DNA of 64,000 nucleotides from Candidatus Obscuribacteraceae bacterium (GCA_044226015.1 JBGAHS010000011.1:1-64000), one strand, 5' to 3'; shown: positions 28,868 through 38,582, counted from the first letter of the stretch. Translations and numbers: made by a program. The notes: generated by a model not told the origin, from the sequence alone.

Positions 28868-29320
28868 ATGACGAATAGACAGAGACCCCGGTGCCTGGGC
28901 CTTGATGTTGGCGACAAGAGGATTGGAATTGCGATTTCCGATCAACTTGGCTTGACTGCCGCGGGGCTTGAGACTCTGCATAGAACCAACATGCAAAACG
29001 ACGTAAAAGCGATTGCGGATATTGCAAAGCGCCATAGCGTCGTAGAAATAATCGTTGGACTCCCTTACAACATGGACGACAGCCTCGGAGAGCAAGCGCA
29101 GAAAGTCAGGTCGCTAGGTAAGAAATTAGCGAGAGTAACAGGACTGCCCATAATTTACGAAGACGAGCGGCTATCAACTTTCACGGCCATTCAAACACTT
29201 ACTTTGCTTGGCGTGAAAACAGGGCACAACAGAGACCTGGTCGACAAACAAGCTGCAGCGATTATCTTGCAAAAGTATCTGGACAGAACATATCACTCAC
29301 CAGATCCACCGATAGCTTGA
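28868..29320 (+). CDS. ruvX: RuvX/YqgF Holliday junction resolvase-like protein
   Basis: LGLDVGDKRIGIAISD, IVGLP, DERLST, VDKQAAAIILQ; ATG 28868. Confidence 0.93.
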   Translation: MTNRQRPRCLGLDVGDKRIGIAISDQLGLTAAGLETLHRTNMQNDVKAIADIAKRHSVVEIIVGLPYNMDDSLGEQAQKVRSLGKKLARVTGLPIIYEDERLSTFTAIQTLTLLGVKTGHNRDLVDKQAAAIILQKYLDRTYHSPDPPIA

Positions 29321-29365
29321 GCGTCGACAAAAAGAAACATTGAGCTGCTGATTAATTCCTCTCAA

Positions 29366-29383
29366 TTGACAGTTGATTGTCAA
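29366..29383. promoter_or_regulatory. Palindromic candidate operator TTGACA-N6-TGTCAA
   Basis: Perfect 6-bp inverted repeat ~75 bp upstream of the 29457-31068 operon. Confidence 0.35.
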
Positions 29384-29456
29384 GCAAAGACATTAAAATT
29401 GGGCATAATAGAGAAAGCTCTACTTACTATTTGTCTTTAGTCTTTCAGAATTTGGA

Positions 29457-29672
29457 GTGATTATGACGCAACTCAAGTCCGCTTTGTTCGATTTGATCAT
29501 GTTCACACTCCTGTTTGCTGTGCTAGCCAGCCCAAGAGCACATGCTTATGTGGATCCTTCAACAGGTAGCTACATTCTGGAGATGATAGCCGGATTTGTT
29601 TTGACATCATTTTTTGCCATTAAGAGCTTCCTCAAAAACAGAGTCGGCGCCCTCAAGAAAAAATCTAACTAG
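29457..29672 (+). CDS. Small membrane protein with AYVDPSTGS motif
   Basis: Hydrophobic signal-like helix ending AHA, then YVDPSTGSY, a second hydrophobic helix and a basic tail. Confidence 0.75.
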   Translation: MIMTQLKSALFDLIMFTLLFAVLASPRAHAYVDPSTGSYILEMIAGFVLTSFFAIKSFLKNRVGALKKKSN

Positions 29673-29703
29673 GTCGCCATAATCGAGGAGTAATCTCTAC
29701 AGG

Positions 29704-31068
29704 ATGACGCAAAAGCGGCTACCTGCTTCATTCCGCGACCCGCAAGGATTTGTCTTCGAACAAGACGGAAGAATTCTGCGCGCAGTTGCTGAGTCTTTCA
29801 AAGACAGTTATGAAATGCTGATGAGTTCTGGACTTTACGAAGAACTTGTGCGCGAGCATATACTGGTTGCGCACGAAGAGACAACGCTGAATGCAGAAAA
29901 TAGCTATAAGGTCCTGGCACCACAGAAGATACCATTTATTTCTTATCCCTACGAATGGAGCTTCGGTCAGCTTAAAGATGCTGCCTTGCTTACACTAGAT
30001 GCTGCGAACCGAGCACTGAGCCACGGCATGATTCTGAAGGATGCAAGCGCCTACAACGTGCAATTTCTCGGCTCACGTCCAATACTGCTAGACACACTCT
30101 CTTTTGAGATTCACAAGGAAGGAACTGGCTGGATGGCATATCGGCAATTCTGCGAGCATTTTCTTGCCCCTCTCACACTGATGAGCAAGGGAGATCTGCG
30201 AGCCAATAAAATGCTTCAGACATTCATCGACGGCTTGCCTCTCGATTATTCGTGCAGCATGCTCAGTGGAAGCACATTCCTGAACCCCTCTTTGCTCATA
30301 CACATATACCTTCACGCAAGAGCACAACATGCTTTTGCGGGTAAAGACATCAAAGAGGTAAAGAAGAAAAGTATGCCGAAGCAATCTGTGCTGGCGCTAC
30401 TGGACAACCTAATTGATTGCGTCAATGGACTAAAAATCAAGGAATCAAAAACGACCTGGTCTCACTATTATACTGATACCAATTACAGTGAGTCGTCTGC
30501 CAAAGAAAAAGAACGTATAGTCAACGAAATGATTGAACTAAGCAATATCGACGAAGTATGGGACATCGGCGCCAACAACGGGCACTTTAGCCGCCTGGCC
30601 GCCAGCGCAGGAAAGCGAGTGATCTCAATGGATCTTGATCCACTTTGTGTTGAACTCAACTATCGTAAAACCAAGGAAGAGAAGCAGAACATTCTACCTC
30701 TGCTAATCGATCTGAGCGCCCCTAGCCCCGCAATAGGCTGGAACAACAAAGAGCGTATGTCACTTACTCAGAGAGGACCTGCCCCACTAGGAATGGCTCT
30801 GGCACTAATTCATCATCTAGCAATAGGAAATAATGTACCACTACCAATGGTGGCTGAGTACTTCCAGAGCTTATGCAAACAGTTGATCATCGAGTTTGTA
30901 CCCAAGGATGATTCACAAGTTCAACGGTTGCTTTCAAGTCGCGAAGACATTTACCCTGACTACAACGAAGCTGGCTTCAGAAAAGCCTTTGCAGAACATT
31001 TTGATTTCGTAAGAGAGCTAAAAATCGAAGGTTCCTCTCGGACAATGTTCCTGCTTAAACGAAAGTAG
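29704..31068 (+). CDS. NoeA-like protein: N-terminal kinase-like domain + class I SAM-dependent methyltransferase
   Basis: SFRDPQGFVF, ISYPYEWSF, LKDASAYNVQF, DTLSFE; SAM motif WDIGANNGHFS; LALIHHLAI, LIIEFVPKDD. Confidence 0.8.
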   Translation: MTQKRLPASFRDPQGFVFEQDGRILRAVAESFKDSYEMLMSSGLYEELVREHILVAHEETTLNAENSYKVLAPQKIPFISYPYEWSFGQLKDAALLTLDAANRALSHGMILKDASAYNVQFLGSRPILLDTLSFEIHKEGTGWMAYRQFCEHFLAPLTLMSKGDLRANKMLQTFIDGLPLDYSCSMLSGSTFLNPSLLIHIYLHARAQHAFAGKDIKEVKKKSMPKQSVLALLDNLIDCVNGLKIKESKTTWSHYYTDTNYSESSAKEKERIVNEMIELSNIDEVWDIGANNGHFSRLAASAGKRVISMDLDPLCVELNYRKTKEEKQNILPLLIDLSAPSPAIGWNNKERMSLTQRGPAPLGMALALIHHLAIGNNVPLPMVAEYFQSLCKQLIIEFVPKDDSQVQRLLSSREDIYPDYNEAGFRKAFAEHFDFVRELKIEGSSRTMFLLKRK

Positions 31069-31252
31069 CAATCGGGATCCACAAGCCAGCGTAATCGGGG
31101 ATTCATGTACCCGCGCAATCGCAGCGTAATCGGGATCCGCATGCCGGCGCAATCGGGGATTCATGTACCCGCGCAATCGCAGCGTAATCGGGATCCGCAT
31201 ACCGTCGCAATCGGGATCCGCAATCGCAGCGCAAGCGGGATCCACATACCGG
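31068..31252. repeat. GC-rich intergenic tandem repeat array (58-bp duplication built from AATCGGGATCC / AATCGCAGCG subunits)
   Basis: 58-bp units at 31089 and 31147 are nearly identical; about ten AA(T/G)CG cores lie between 31070 and 31243. Confidence 0.9.
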
Positions 31253-31276
31253 ACTAAGGGGATCGATTATCTACAA

Positions 31277-32905
31277 CTAGCGAGGGCTGCCAGATTTAGC
31301 CTCGGGGAAGGTCATCTTGGAATAGACCTCAAAAATGTCTTGTTCGGGATCATAAGGAACAGCAATAAATGCCTTGTTTTCCAGCATTGGTATGTTAGCT
31401 GCATAGTAACTGTCGAACAACCAGCGAAATGTATTTACTGCACATAAGTCTGACGGAGGCTTTTTGTCATAGCCTTCTGGCAAATGAACAGCTGCCAGGA
31501 TGCGCATGCGCTCATTAACATACGGAGTATCTACAGATGCCTCGTGGACTGCGGAACCATGGTCGCTTTCGATGATAATGATAGCGTTGCCTTTCGATTC
31601 GTCGATAATGGTATCAACCAGCTTTATCATTTCCCTGTCAAAGTACTTTATCTGATCAATAAAGGGCACAGGCATAAATTCCTCGTTGTGCATCTTCAGA
31701 GAGAGTGTTGTCACATTCCCATCATGGTCAAGGAAATTTGGTGGATGAGCAACCAAGGTATGCATCAAAACGAACTTAGGACCGCCAATTCTAGCGGTTT
31801 CCGTGACCACAGAGAAAGTCCTCGTTCTTGTAACTTTGAATATGTTTGCCAGCACTTTAAGACGTTCTTCAAGACCAGCAACAACCGTTAATCTCAAGAG
31901 TGCGATGTGAAAGTTTCCTCCAGGAAGCCAACCAACATTCATATCAGCTGCAGTGTTGTAATCTGTTGGCTCCCAACTTGAGCTTACATTTATATACTTG
32001 TATCCGGCAGCTTTAAGTAAGCGACTAACCTCACTATCTTGCAGAAGCCTGAATCTGACCTCATAAGACTCCTTTACGAGATCACCGAGATAACACATAT
32101 TGAGAGTTGAAGGCACTGATGATGTTGTTCTATCGTGAGCAGAACTTGCGTTTTCAGCAACATAGAATTTCTTTTCCTTGAGATGCTCAATGAGTGCACT
32201 CTTGTAATGAAACTGTTCATTTAAGGTCTGAGCATTCGGGTAACAGTCAGCAACAATGTAGTAAACATCTGGGGCCGGACTTGGTGCCTTCAATTTTGAA
32301 ACAGGAATGAGGTTCATGATCTGTTTCTTGGCGCTAGCCACATGCTCTTGCTGCTTAATCTCACCGGCGACAACAGGAAAGACTGACATCATGAAAATAA
32401 AAATGGAATACAGATTCAAAGGCATAGTCAATTTTGCGATGGGCATCCAACGCAGTATCACGTAAATTGCATTCGCGCAAAGAGCAAGGTAAATTGGCAG
32501 CAAAATCAAATTATCAATTTTGTTGGGCTTCGTGAGTATCTGAACAAGAGCCTCAAAGCCCAACCAAAAATAGAGCGTGCCTACAAGAACGCCGACTATG
32601 ACGCCTGTTTTATCAAGGTCTTTTTTCGCAAGATAATACACAAGCGCAAAACACAACAGCGTTTTAATAAGAATGAACGCAATCACCAGCGCATACTGCT
32701 CTGGCAAATAGCTACCCATGCAGTTGTCCCAGACTTTCAGCATGGGCAGAAGTGCAAAGAAAAAAGGATAAACAGGAGGGAATTTGAAACCTTGCGGCTT
32801 TGTTATCGATTCATCGCCAGGGGACTGATTATCACTCTGAGCGGTCTCTTGTGCTGCTTGCGGCTCATTATCGTGACTTTCTGATTCGTTTGAAGGGTCT
32901 TTCAA
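31277..32905 (-). CDS. Membrane-anchored sulfatase/LTA-synthase-like hydrolase or transferase (alkaline phosphatase superfamily)
   Basis: About five N-terminal TM helices, then PDVYYIVADCY, TTSSVPSTLNM, PKFVLMH...HPP, IIIESDHG, AVNTFR. Confidence 0.75.
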   Translation of the reverse strand: MKDPSNESESHDNEPQAAQETAQSDNQSPGDESITKPQGFKFPPVYPFFFALLPMLKVWDNCMGSYLPEQYALVIAFILIKTLLCFALVYYLAKKDLDKTGVIVGVLVGTLYFWLGFEALVQILTKPNKIDNLILLPIYLALCANAIYVILRWMPIAKLTMPLNLYSIFIFMMSVFPVVAGEIKQQEHVASAKKQIMNLIPVSKLKAPSPAPDVYYIVADCYPNAQTLNEQFHYKSALIEHLKEKKFYVAENASSAHDRTTSSVPSTLNMCYLGDLVKESYEVRFRLLQDSEVSRLLKAAGYKYINVSSSWEPTDYNTAADMNVGWLPGGNFHIALLRLTVVAGLEERLKVLANIFKVTRTRTFSVVTETARIGGPKFVLMHTLVAHPPNFLDHDGNVTTLSLKMHNEEFMPVPFIDQIKYFDREMIKLVDTIIDESKGNAIIIIESDHGSAVHEASVDTPYVNERMRILAAVHLPEGYDKKPPSDLCAVNTFRWLFDSYYAANIPMLENKAFIAVPYDPEQDIFEVYSKMTFPEAKSGSPR

Positions 32906-32990
32906 AGTTAGCTCCCGGTCGCCAGCAAATCTGCCTGATTCTGTTAGGGCATGTTAGCGCACAGACAAGAATGTATCAACTCAAGCAATC

Positions 32991-33025
32991 AAAAGAAAAG
33001 AGAGCCGCTTGTTTGCGACTCTCTT
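32991..33025 (-). terminator. Intrinsic terminator downstream of the diguanylate cyclase
   Basis: AAGAGAG.CGC / GCG.CTCTCTT hairpin with an A-rich run on the 5' side of the plus strand. Confidence 0.65.
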
Positions 33026-33043
33026 AATTACGATTTGCAGTGA

Positions 33044-35644
33044 TTATGTCATGACCTTGGTTTGTACCAATCCATGCTGAATCAGCAAGCTTGCTGCACG
33101 CCACAGTGAGTGGGTTGGAACACCTTCCATGCTGCGGAAGATGTTGTGCAATGTTGTGTTTCCATCAGCCTTCTGCACAATGTCAGACATAACATTGAAC
33201 TCTTCAGGCATTGGTGGTTCTGGAATTTGACCAAGTTGCTGCCAGCGAGCTGCGAACTCTACAGGAGCGACTGGCCTGATTAGCATGTTCAAGGTTGGAA
33301 TGATCTTCTTAGCAGCATTGAAGTTATCTTGTGCAAGAGCACCATCCATCAAGATACGTTCTAAACTCTTCGCGATGTTGAAGGTGTCATCCAGGCGAGG
33401 CAACTTGGTCATTGTCTCTTTACCTGTTCCAGATTTTTCCTGGAAGTTGAAGCTTCCTTCTTCAAACGTTGAGACGAATTCCACAATTGCCGCAGCCCCA
33501 GCAAACTTCGCAAGACGTGCTTGCATTGGCTTACCGGAATCGAAGAGAATCCACAGCTGCCGTCCGTCTGGAGCCTGTACAGTCAAGACACCAGTCTTCT
33601 GAGCAGTAGCCAGAGACTGAAGCAAGGCTGCAGGGTCGAATACTCCGAGTTCGCCGCTAACTGCTGAAGCAGTCTTGGAGGACTTGTAGCTCTTCGGAAC
33701 TTGTTGCGAATGGATACACTTGTTTCTGTCTAGAACTTCTTTTACGTAGTACAGTGCTGTATCTGCCTTGTTGAGCAAGTCATCAGTGGTCTTACCGTCC
33801 ATTGGGAAAGTAGCAACACCAATAGAAACCGTCCACTTTGCGATACCTGCGGGCCAATCACCTTTAGCCTCGATTGCAGTTCTGACTCTTTCAGAAACTG
33901 CCATAGCGCGCTTAGCGTCAGTGTTTTCCATTACGATGATGAATTCTTCCCCACCATAACGAATTAGATAATCACCAGGGGCACTGAGTTTTTCGAGCGT
34001 GTCGGTTGTTCGCACACAGGTTTTGACAATCTTCGACAATTCCTGCAGCATCTGGTCACCAATCTGGTGCCCGTATGTGTCGTTGATCGACTTGAAATGG
34101 TCACCATCCATTATCACGAGCGAAACAGGATTTTGCTCAGGATTGACGGCTGCACGATCCATAATTTGAGGCATGATTTCGTAGAAGAACTTCTTGTTGC
34201 GCAGACCGGTTAGCGGGTCTGTACGAGCTGCTTCTTGTTCTTCTTCGTACTGAATATTCTGGTGCAATACACGTGATGCAAGTTCAACGACGTTACGCAA
34301 AACTCTGAGACGATCTTGCACGGTTTGACCTTCAGTGTTGAAGTAGATTGCTACTACACCAAGGTTGCGGCTTTGAAATACGATTGGCAGGTAGACTGCA
34401 GTGCGAATTCCATGAGCCTGAGCGATTTGAGTTAGCCCATAGTCACGAATTCCTTCCATACCCAGTGTCACGTGTTTGCTTGTGGCAAAAACTTCTCGCG
34501 CAATTCGGGAATGGTCAATTTTCTTGAGTCCTTGAGCGTTTCTATCATCGAAACCAAGCCAGGCATCAAGGTTCAAACGCTGATAGCGGTCAGCTTTGAA
34601 GAATGCACCGTACATGATGCTTGTCGGAAACTTGTCGTTGAGTTTGTCGAGAATTCGCTGACAAACCTGGTGACTGGACTTGAGCTGGTCGAGTTCTTTA
34701 CCAAGAGCATTGATAAATTCTTCTTCCGCTTCCTTTGTATATAGCTCTGAAATTTTCGCTTGAGTTTGATTGATCTGCTCTTCGTACTCTTGAGAAAGCT
34801 GTTTCTTTTGAGCTTCGAATTCTTTTCTTTCTTTCTTGAGCACATCATCTTTAGCAACACGAGCTGCGACCAACTCGTCATATTGTTGCCTGATGCCTTT
34901 CAAACCTTTTGCGACACGACCAACTTCTGAAATGGCGCCGGATACATCGAGACCACCGCCAGTAACCCCTGAGTAAGCATCACGAGCCAAAAGCAAAGAA
35001 CCGGTTGCACGAGCAATTAATAGAAGTGGTTTGCTTACAAACAGGAACAGGGCGCCCATTGTCAGAACACATACGCCACCAAGTACGGTGAATACATATG
35101 CAATGTTCGCAGGAGCAGCCATAAGTCCGCCGCCCATACTGAGGGCTGTGCCCATGAACGGCGCTTGAGAAAATCCGATGTGTAGCAGCTTTCCTTCACC
35201 CATAGCTTCTACTGCTTCGAAGTACTTTTTCTCACGCCACTCGATATCGCCGGAAGTGATGTCATATTTAGACAATTCCGGTGCGTATTTTTCGGTTAAA
35301 GGATCTAGTGTTCCATCTGCTGATGTCACGTAGTACCAGGCAAGATTATATTGATTGAATGCCTGAAGGATTTTAGATGTAGGCGGAACCTTCCTCTTAG
35401 CTTCATCAGCAAGTTGTTTGCAGATAATTTGATAAGAACCTTTAGCAACGGACGGATAAACAAAGTCTGCTGCAAACGGTACCGTCGCCCCGCCGATGGC
35501 AAAAATCATCACCAGTCTCAAAGGCAGGCCGCCGAAGAAATCCATAACGGAGCCTGTAACTTGTTGCACCGCCGAAGGTTTAGTGGGCTGAAGTTGCGAT
35601 TCGTCTTCAGATCCAGTACCTTCCAACGCCCCCTGATATGTCAC
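33044..35644 (-). CDS. Membrane-bound diguanylate cyclase (2TM sensor - coiled coil - GAF - GGDEF - DUF4388-like)
   Basis: TDPLTGLRN, DGDHFKSINDTYGHQIGD, RYGGEEF, TVSIGVA, ADTALY; GAF (TAVYLPIVFQSRNLGVV); C-terminal SGELGVFDPAALLQSLATAQKTGVLTV (DUF4388/PatA-N-like). Confidence 0.88.
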   Translation of the reverse strand: MTYQGALEGTGSEDESQLQPTKPSAVQQVTGSVMDFFGGLPLRLVMIFAIGGATVPFAADFVYPSVAKGSYQIICKQLADEAKRKVPPTSKILQAFNQYNLAWYYVTSADGTLDPLTEKYAPELSKYDITSGDIEWREKKYFEAVEAMGEGKLLHIGFSQAPFMGTALSMGGGLMAAPANIAYVFTVLGGVCVLTMGALFLFVSKPLLLIARATGSLLLARDAYSGVTGGGLDVSGAISEVGRVAKGLKGIRQQYDELVAARVAKDDVLKKERKEFEAQKKQLSQEYEEQINQTQAKISELYTKEAEEEFINALGKELDQLKSSHQVCQRILDKLNDKFPTSIMYGAFFKADRYQRLNLDAWLGFDDRNAQGLKKIDHSRIAREVFATSKHVTLGMEGIRDYGLTQIAQAHGIRTAVYLPIVFQSRNLGVVAIYFNTEGQTVQDRLRVLRNVVELASRVLHQNIQYEEEQEAARTDPLTGLRNKKFFYEIMPQIMDRAAVNPEQNPVSLVIMDGDHFKSINDTYGHQIGDQMLQELSKIVKTCVRTTDTLEKLSAPGDYLIRYGGEEFIIVMENTDAKRAMAVSERVRTAIEAKGDWPAGIAKWTVSIGVATFPMDGKTTDDLLNKADTALYYVKEVLDRNKCIHSQQVPKSYKSSKTASAVSGELGVFDPAALLQSLATAQKTGVLTVQAPDGRQLWILFDSGKPMQARLAKFAGAAAIVEFVSTFEEGSFNFQEKSGTGKETMTKLPRLDDTFNIAKSLERILMDGALAQDNFNAAKKIIPTLNMLIRPVAPVEFAARWQQLGQIPEPPMPEEFNVMSDIVQKADGNTTLHNIFRSMEGVPTHSLWRAASLLIQHGLVQTKVMT

Positions 35645-36654
35645 TGTTGTAAAGCCTCCCCTACTTTTGCAAAGTCTATTCTAAAGACAAGTTGCTCTCC
35701 GCGATACCACTCGGGCAACGCTTGGAATTCTGTAGCCTCAACTGCAGCGATAGCTTCTCTGTCAGCTCTCCTGTTTCCAGAACTTTCCACCACTTCGACT
35801 GATAATACTTTTCCATCCTTTCCAATAGAAATTTGAAGCGTCATCGCTTCTGTCTTATTTTTTGGACGCCAATTCTGAGCGATGCGCATAAGAACGTCTT
35901 TGCGGTAGGGTGCGATGTTGCCCATGGCTCGACCGCCGCCGTTTACTCTGGTGGCAATGTCTCCACCGATGTTTCCGTATCCACTGCCGGTACCAGGATC
36001 TCCCTCCCCTGAACCATTACCACCAGTGCCGTCGCCACCAGTGCCGGTGCCACCGTCCTTACCATCAGGTGCTCCCCCCTCTTGCGCTGCGCCAGAAGGT
36101 GCTGAGTTGGAGGTCTGACCCGCCATCATATTTGTTGGTTTGGGCGGCGCCTTAGGAGACGCTTTAGGAGCCTGAGTAGGCAAAGCTTTAGTCGTTTGAG
36201 CCGTCGTCACCATCACAGGTGGTGCGGTCGTAACTTCATGAGAAACTACAGGTCGAGCTTGCTCTGGTGTCGGTACGGGCAAAGTCTCAGGAGCTTTGAT
36301 AGTCGGAAGCGAGACTTTATCTGCCTCTTGTGGCTTTGCAGATTCAGCAGAGCCAGAATCAGGGTTTTCCCCTTCAGTCAGAGTAATCGGCTTAGGTATT
36401 TCTCCGACGCGGAAATCAGGCGCAGGCGGTGGCGCTGTGAACTCGAAAGATACGTCTACATCTCTGATGATGCGAGGATGCTTACGCTCATACTCTTCCA
36501 TCTTCACCAGCGCGATACCCATTATCGCGTGGAAGATGACAACAACAACAATTACTTGATTCAGTTGACCTTGCCGGTCAATGGAGTTTGGGTCACGCCG
36601 ATCGAAAAATCGATCAGAAATCTTGACCACTTCATTCATGAAGGAAATCGACAT
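35641..36654 (-). CDS. TonB/TolA-like energy transducer (TM anchor, Pro/Gly-rich linker, TonB C-terminal domain)
   Basis: TM helix with His (VIFHAIM), Pro-rich spacer, C-terminal IAQNWRP...ISIGKDGKV...ESSGNRRADREAIAAV...FQALP. Confidence 0.8.
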   Translation of the reverse strand: MSISFMNEVVKISDRFFDRRDPNSIDRQGQLNQVIVVVVIFHAIMGIALVKMEEYERKHPRIIRDVDVSFEFTAPPPAPDFRVGEIPKPITLTEGENPDSGSAESAKPQEADKVSLPTIKAPETLPVPTPEQARPVVSHEVTTAPPVMVTTAQTTKALPTQAPKASPKAPPKPTNMMAGQTSNSAPSGAAQEGGAPDGKDGGTGTGGDGTGGNGSGEGDPGTGSGYGNIGGDIATRVNGGGRAMGNIAPYRKDVLMRIAQNWRPKNKTEAMTLQISIGKDGKVLSVEVVESSGNRRADREAIAAVEATEFQALPEWYRGEQLVFRIDFAKVGEALQQ

Positions 36655-36861
36655 AAGCCACCCAACAAGTTACGCGAGTACAAAAATCCCCATTTGATAG
36701 GAGCATGCCCCATTTCGGAGCCAGTTAAAACCTTGACGGCGAAAAAAATTGCCAACGTACAATTCGGACCCAGTTGAGTTATTCCACGCCAAATGCCACT
36801 TCCATATATGGAACAAAAGAATTTTTTCACAAATTTCAGGAAGCATGTAGGTTTGACAAGA

Positions 36862-37851
36862 CTATTCGGATGTCAAGTCGATTTGGAACAGCAAATCCTC
36901 ACCCTTAAACCATTCGGGCAGTGGGCGAAAGGTAAGTGATTCAATTGTCGCAATTGCTTGATTATCAGCTCTGCGATTACCAGAACTCGACACAATTGAA
37001 GAACTCAACAAGGTGCCGTCTCTTGCAATCAGCAGGTTAACTGTTAATGACAATCCGCGCTGGGCTGGCTTCCAGGCTTCAGCAATTTGCTGCATCAATG
37101 CCCGATGATATGGTCCTATCGCGCCCATGGCTTTTAACATCGGTTCTTTCGCTTTTAGAGATAAGGGAATGGAACCAACTGGAGCCTGAGTTTTACCGTC
37201 CCCAGCCCCTTCAGCGGCGGGTCCATTTCCGTCAGTTCCGATTCCAACTCCGCCAACAGCATCACCTTGTTGCATGACGTTGCCTGACTCAATTGGCACT
37301 CCCGAACCCGGGTGAATCATGACATTATCGGCAGTGTGAGAGCCATTATTGGCTGAGTTTTGCTTTGAAGAACTGGCGAAAGTCGAATCGTTTGCAGTCT
37401 TATTAGCTTCTACAAGACGAGTGTTTTTCAATTCTCTCGAGCGCATCGGATCTGGGCGAGGGTTATCGTCCCTCTGTGCGGACTGAGGAATGGGCACACT
37501 CACCTTTTCAGCACGACATGCTGGACCCGTGCCCGAGCCAGGGTCTTTCGTCTTTCCTGCAAGAAGACTTAGAGGCTGGGGCTGTGTAACTTCAGCTTCT
37601 TTCAATTGCAGTTTCGGAGCTGAAAAATCTTCAAGACTGAACGATATATTTATCGAATTTCTTGTGACTTTATGATGCTTCAGCTCGTACTCCTGCATTT
37701 TTAGAAACGCAGTGGCCATAATCAGATGGAAGATCAACACAAGAACGGTCGCCTGTGTAATCTGCCCCTGGCGGTCGATGCACTCAGGGCTATTCTTATC
37801 GAACAGACGATCACAAATTCTCAATACAAAGCTCATATAGTGAGTAGACAT
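36862..37851 (-). CDS. Second TonB/TolA-like protein (tandem paralog)
   Basis: Shares IDRQGQ and IFH in the N-terminus and SSGNRRAD, LPEW in the C-terminus with 35641-36654; ATG 37851 with GGAG RBS. Confidence 0.78.
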   Translation of the reverse strand: MSTHYMSFVLRICDRLFDKNSPECIDRQGQITQATVLVLIFHLIMATAFLKMQEYELKHHKVTRNSINISFSLEDFSAPKLQLKEAEVTQPQPLSLLAGKTKDPGSGTGPACRAEKVSVPIPQSAQRDDNPRPDPMRSRELKNTRLVEANKTANDSTFASSSKQNSANNGSHTADNVMIHPGSGVPIESGNVMQQGDAVGGVGIGTDGNGPAAEGAGDGKTQAPVGSIPLSLKAKEPMLKAMGAIGPYHRALMQQIAEAWKPAQRGLSLTVNLLIARDGTLLSSSIVSSSGNRRADNQAIATIESLTFRPLPEWFKGEDLLFQIDLTSE

Positions 37852-38007
37852 GCCAACTCCTTGCATTGCAGTAGCAGCGAAATGAGTCAAACGCTCATTT
37901 CATCAGTGTGTTAAGCAGCCAAATTGAGCCTTAGCTCAAAAACGTCCAGAAAAACTGCTGCAGTTTTGCAGCCCCTTAAATATTATTGCTCATCGAAAAG
38001 CTTCCGC

Positions 38008-38036
38008 TTGACATCGCCGCTTTAGTTCTGTTTAAT
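38008..38036 (+). promoter_or_regulatory. Candidate sigma70 promoter upstream of the secG operon
   Basis: TTGACA-17 nt-TTTAAT, about 310 bp before secG. Confidence 0.35.
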
Positions 38037-38345
38037 GCGTCTTTACAGCTGTCAAGAACAAGTGCTTGCCTTGGAAATATTCAGGGTTAACCCTCTTGTC
38101 TACATCAGAAATTTATCGAGGGCGTCAGAGAAATACTCCCGAGAATGCTTACTAATCAGCCTTTCTGAGATCCAGGGCTGGATTTTACGGCATTTTTTGA
38201 AATGTTTCGAAATCGCAACAATTCAAAAAACCCCTCTATCTTGAAAAATTACAAACTTCAATTTTGCTGATGTATTCAATCGGCCGAGGCTTCAGAGAAG
38301 CGTTTCCGCTATAATCCCCTGAAGATAAATCTGTTAGGTGGTTTC

Positions 38346-38582
38346 ATGAAGACTCTGTATCTGGTCCTTCTCATTCTTGAAAGTCTCTTTGCGCTCAGCG
38401 TAATTGGACTCATTCTTATCCACCCGCCAAAAGGCGATGGAATGGGAGCGATCGGAAGTGCGGCCACAGTTTTCTCTGGCAAACGCGGTGCAGAGGCAGG
38501 TCTCGATAAGGTCACCTGGACATTCGTGGCGCTATTTATGATTGTCTGCGTAATTCTCGGTTTTGGTTTCGTGACACCATAG
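38346..38582 (+). CDS. secG: Preprotein translocase subunit SecG
   Basis: Two TM helices flanking HPPKGDGMGAIGSAATVFSGKRGAEAGLDKVTW (cyanobacteria-like SecG). Confidence 0.9.
   Translation: MKTLYLVLLILESLFALSVIGLILIHPPKGDGMGAIGSAATVFSGKRGAEAGLDKVTWTFVALFMIVCVILGFGFVTP

Noticed and set aside
31068..31252. CRISPR array
   Set aside because: The sequences between repeat cores are themselves repeated, unit lengths vary and there are no cas genes. The short ORFs over it (30960-31142, 31018-31245) are just translations of the repeat.
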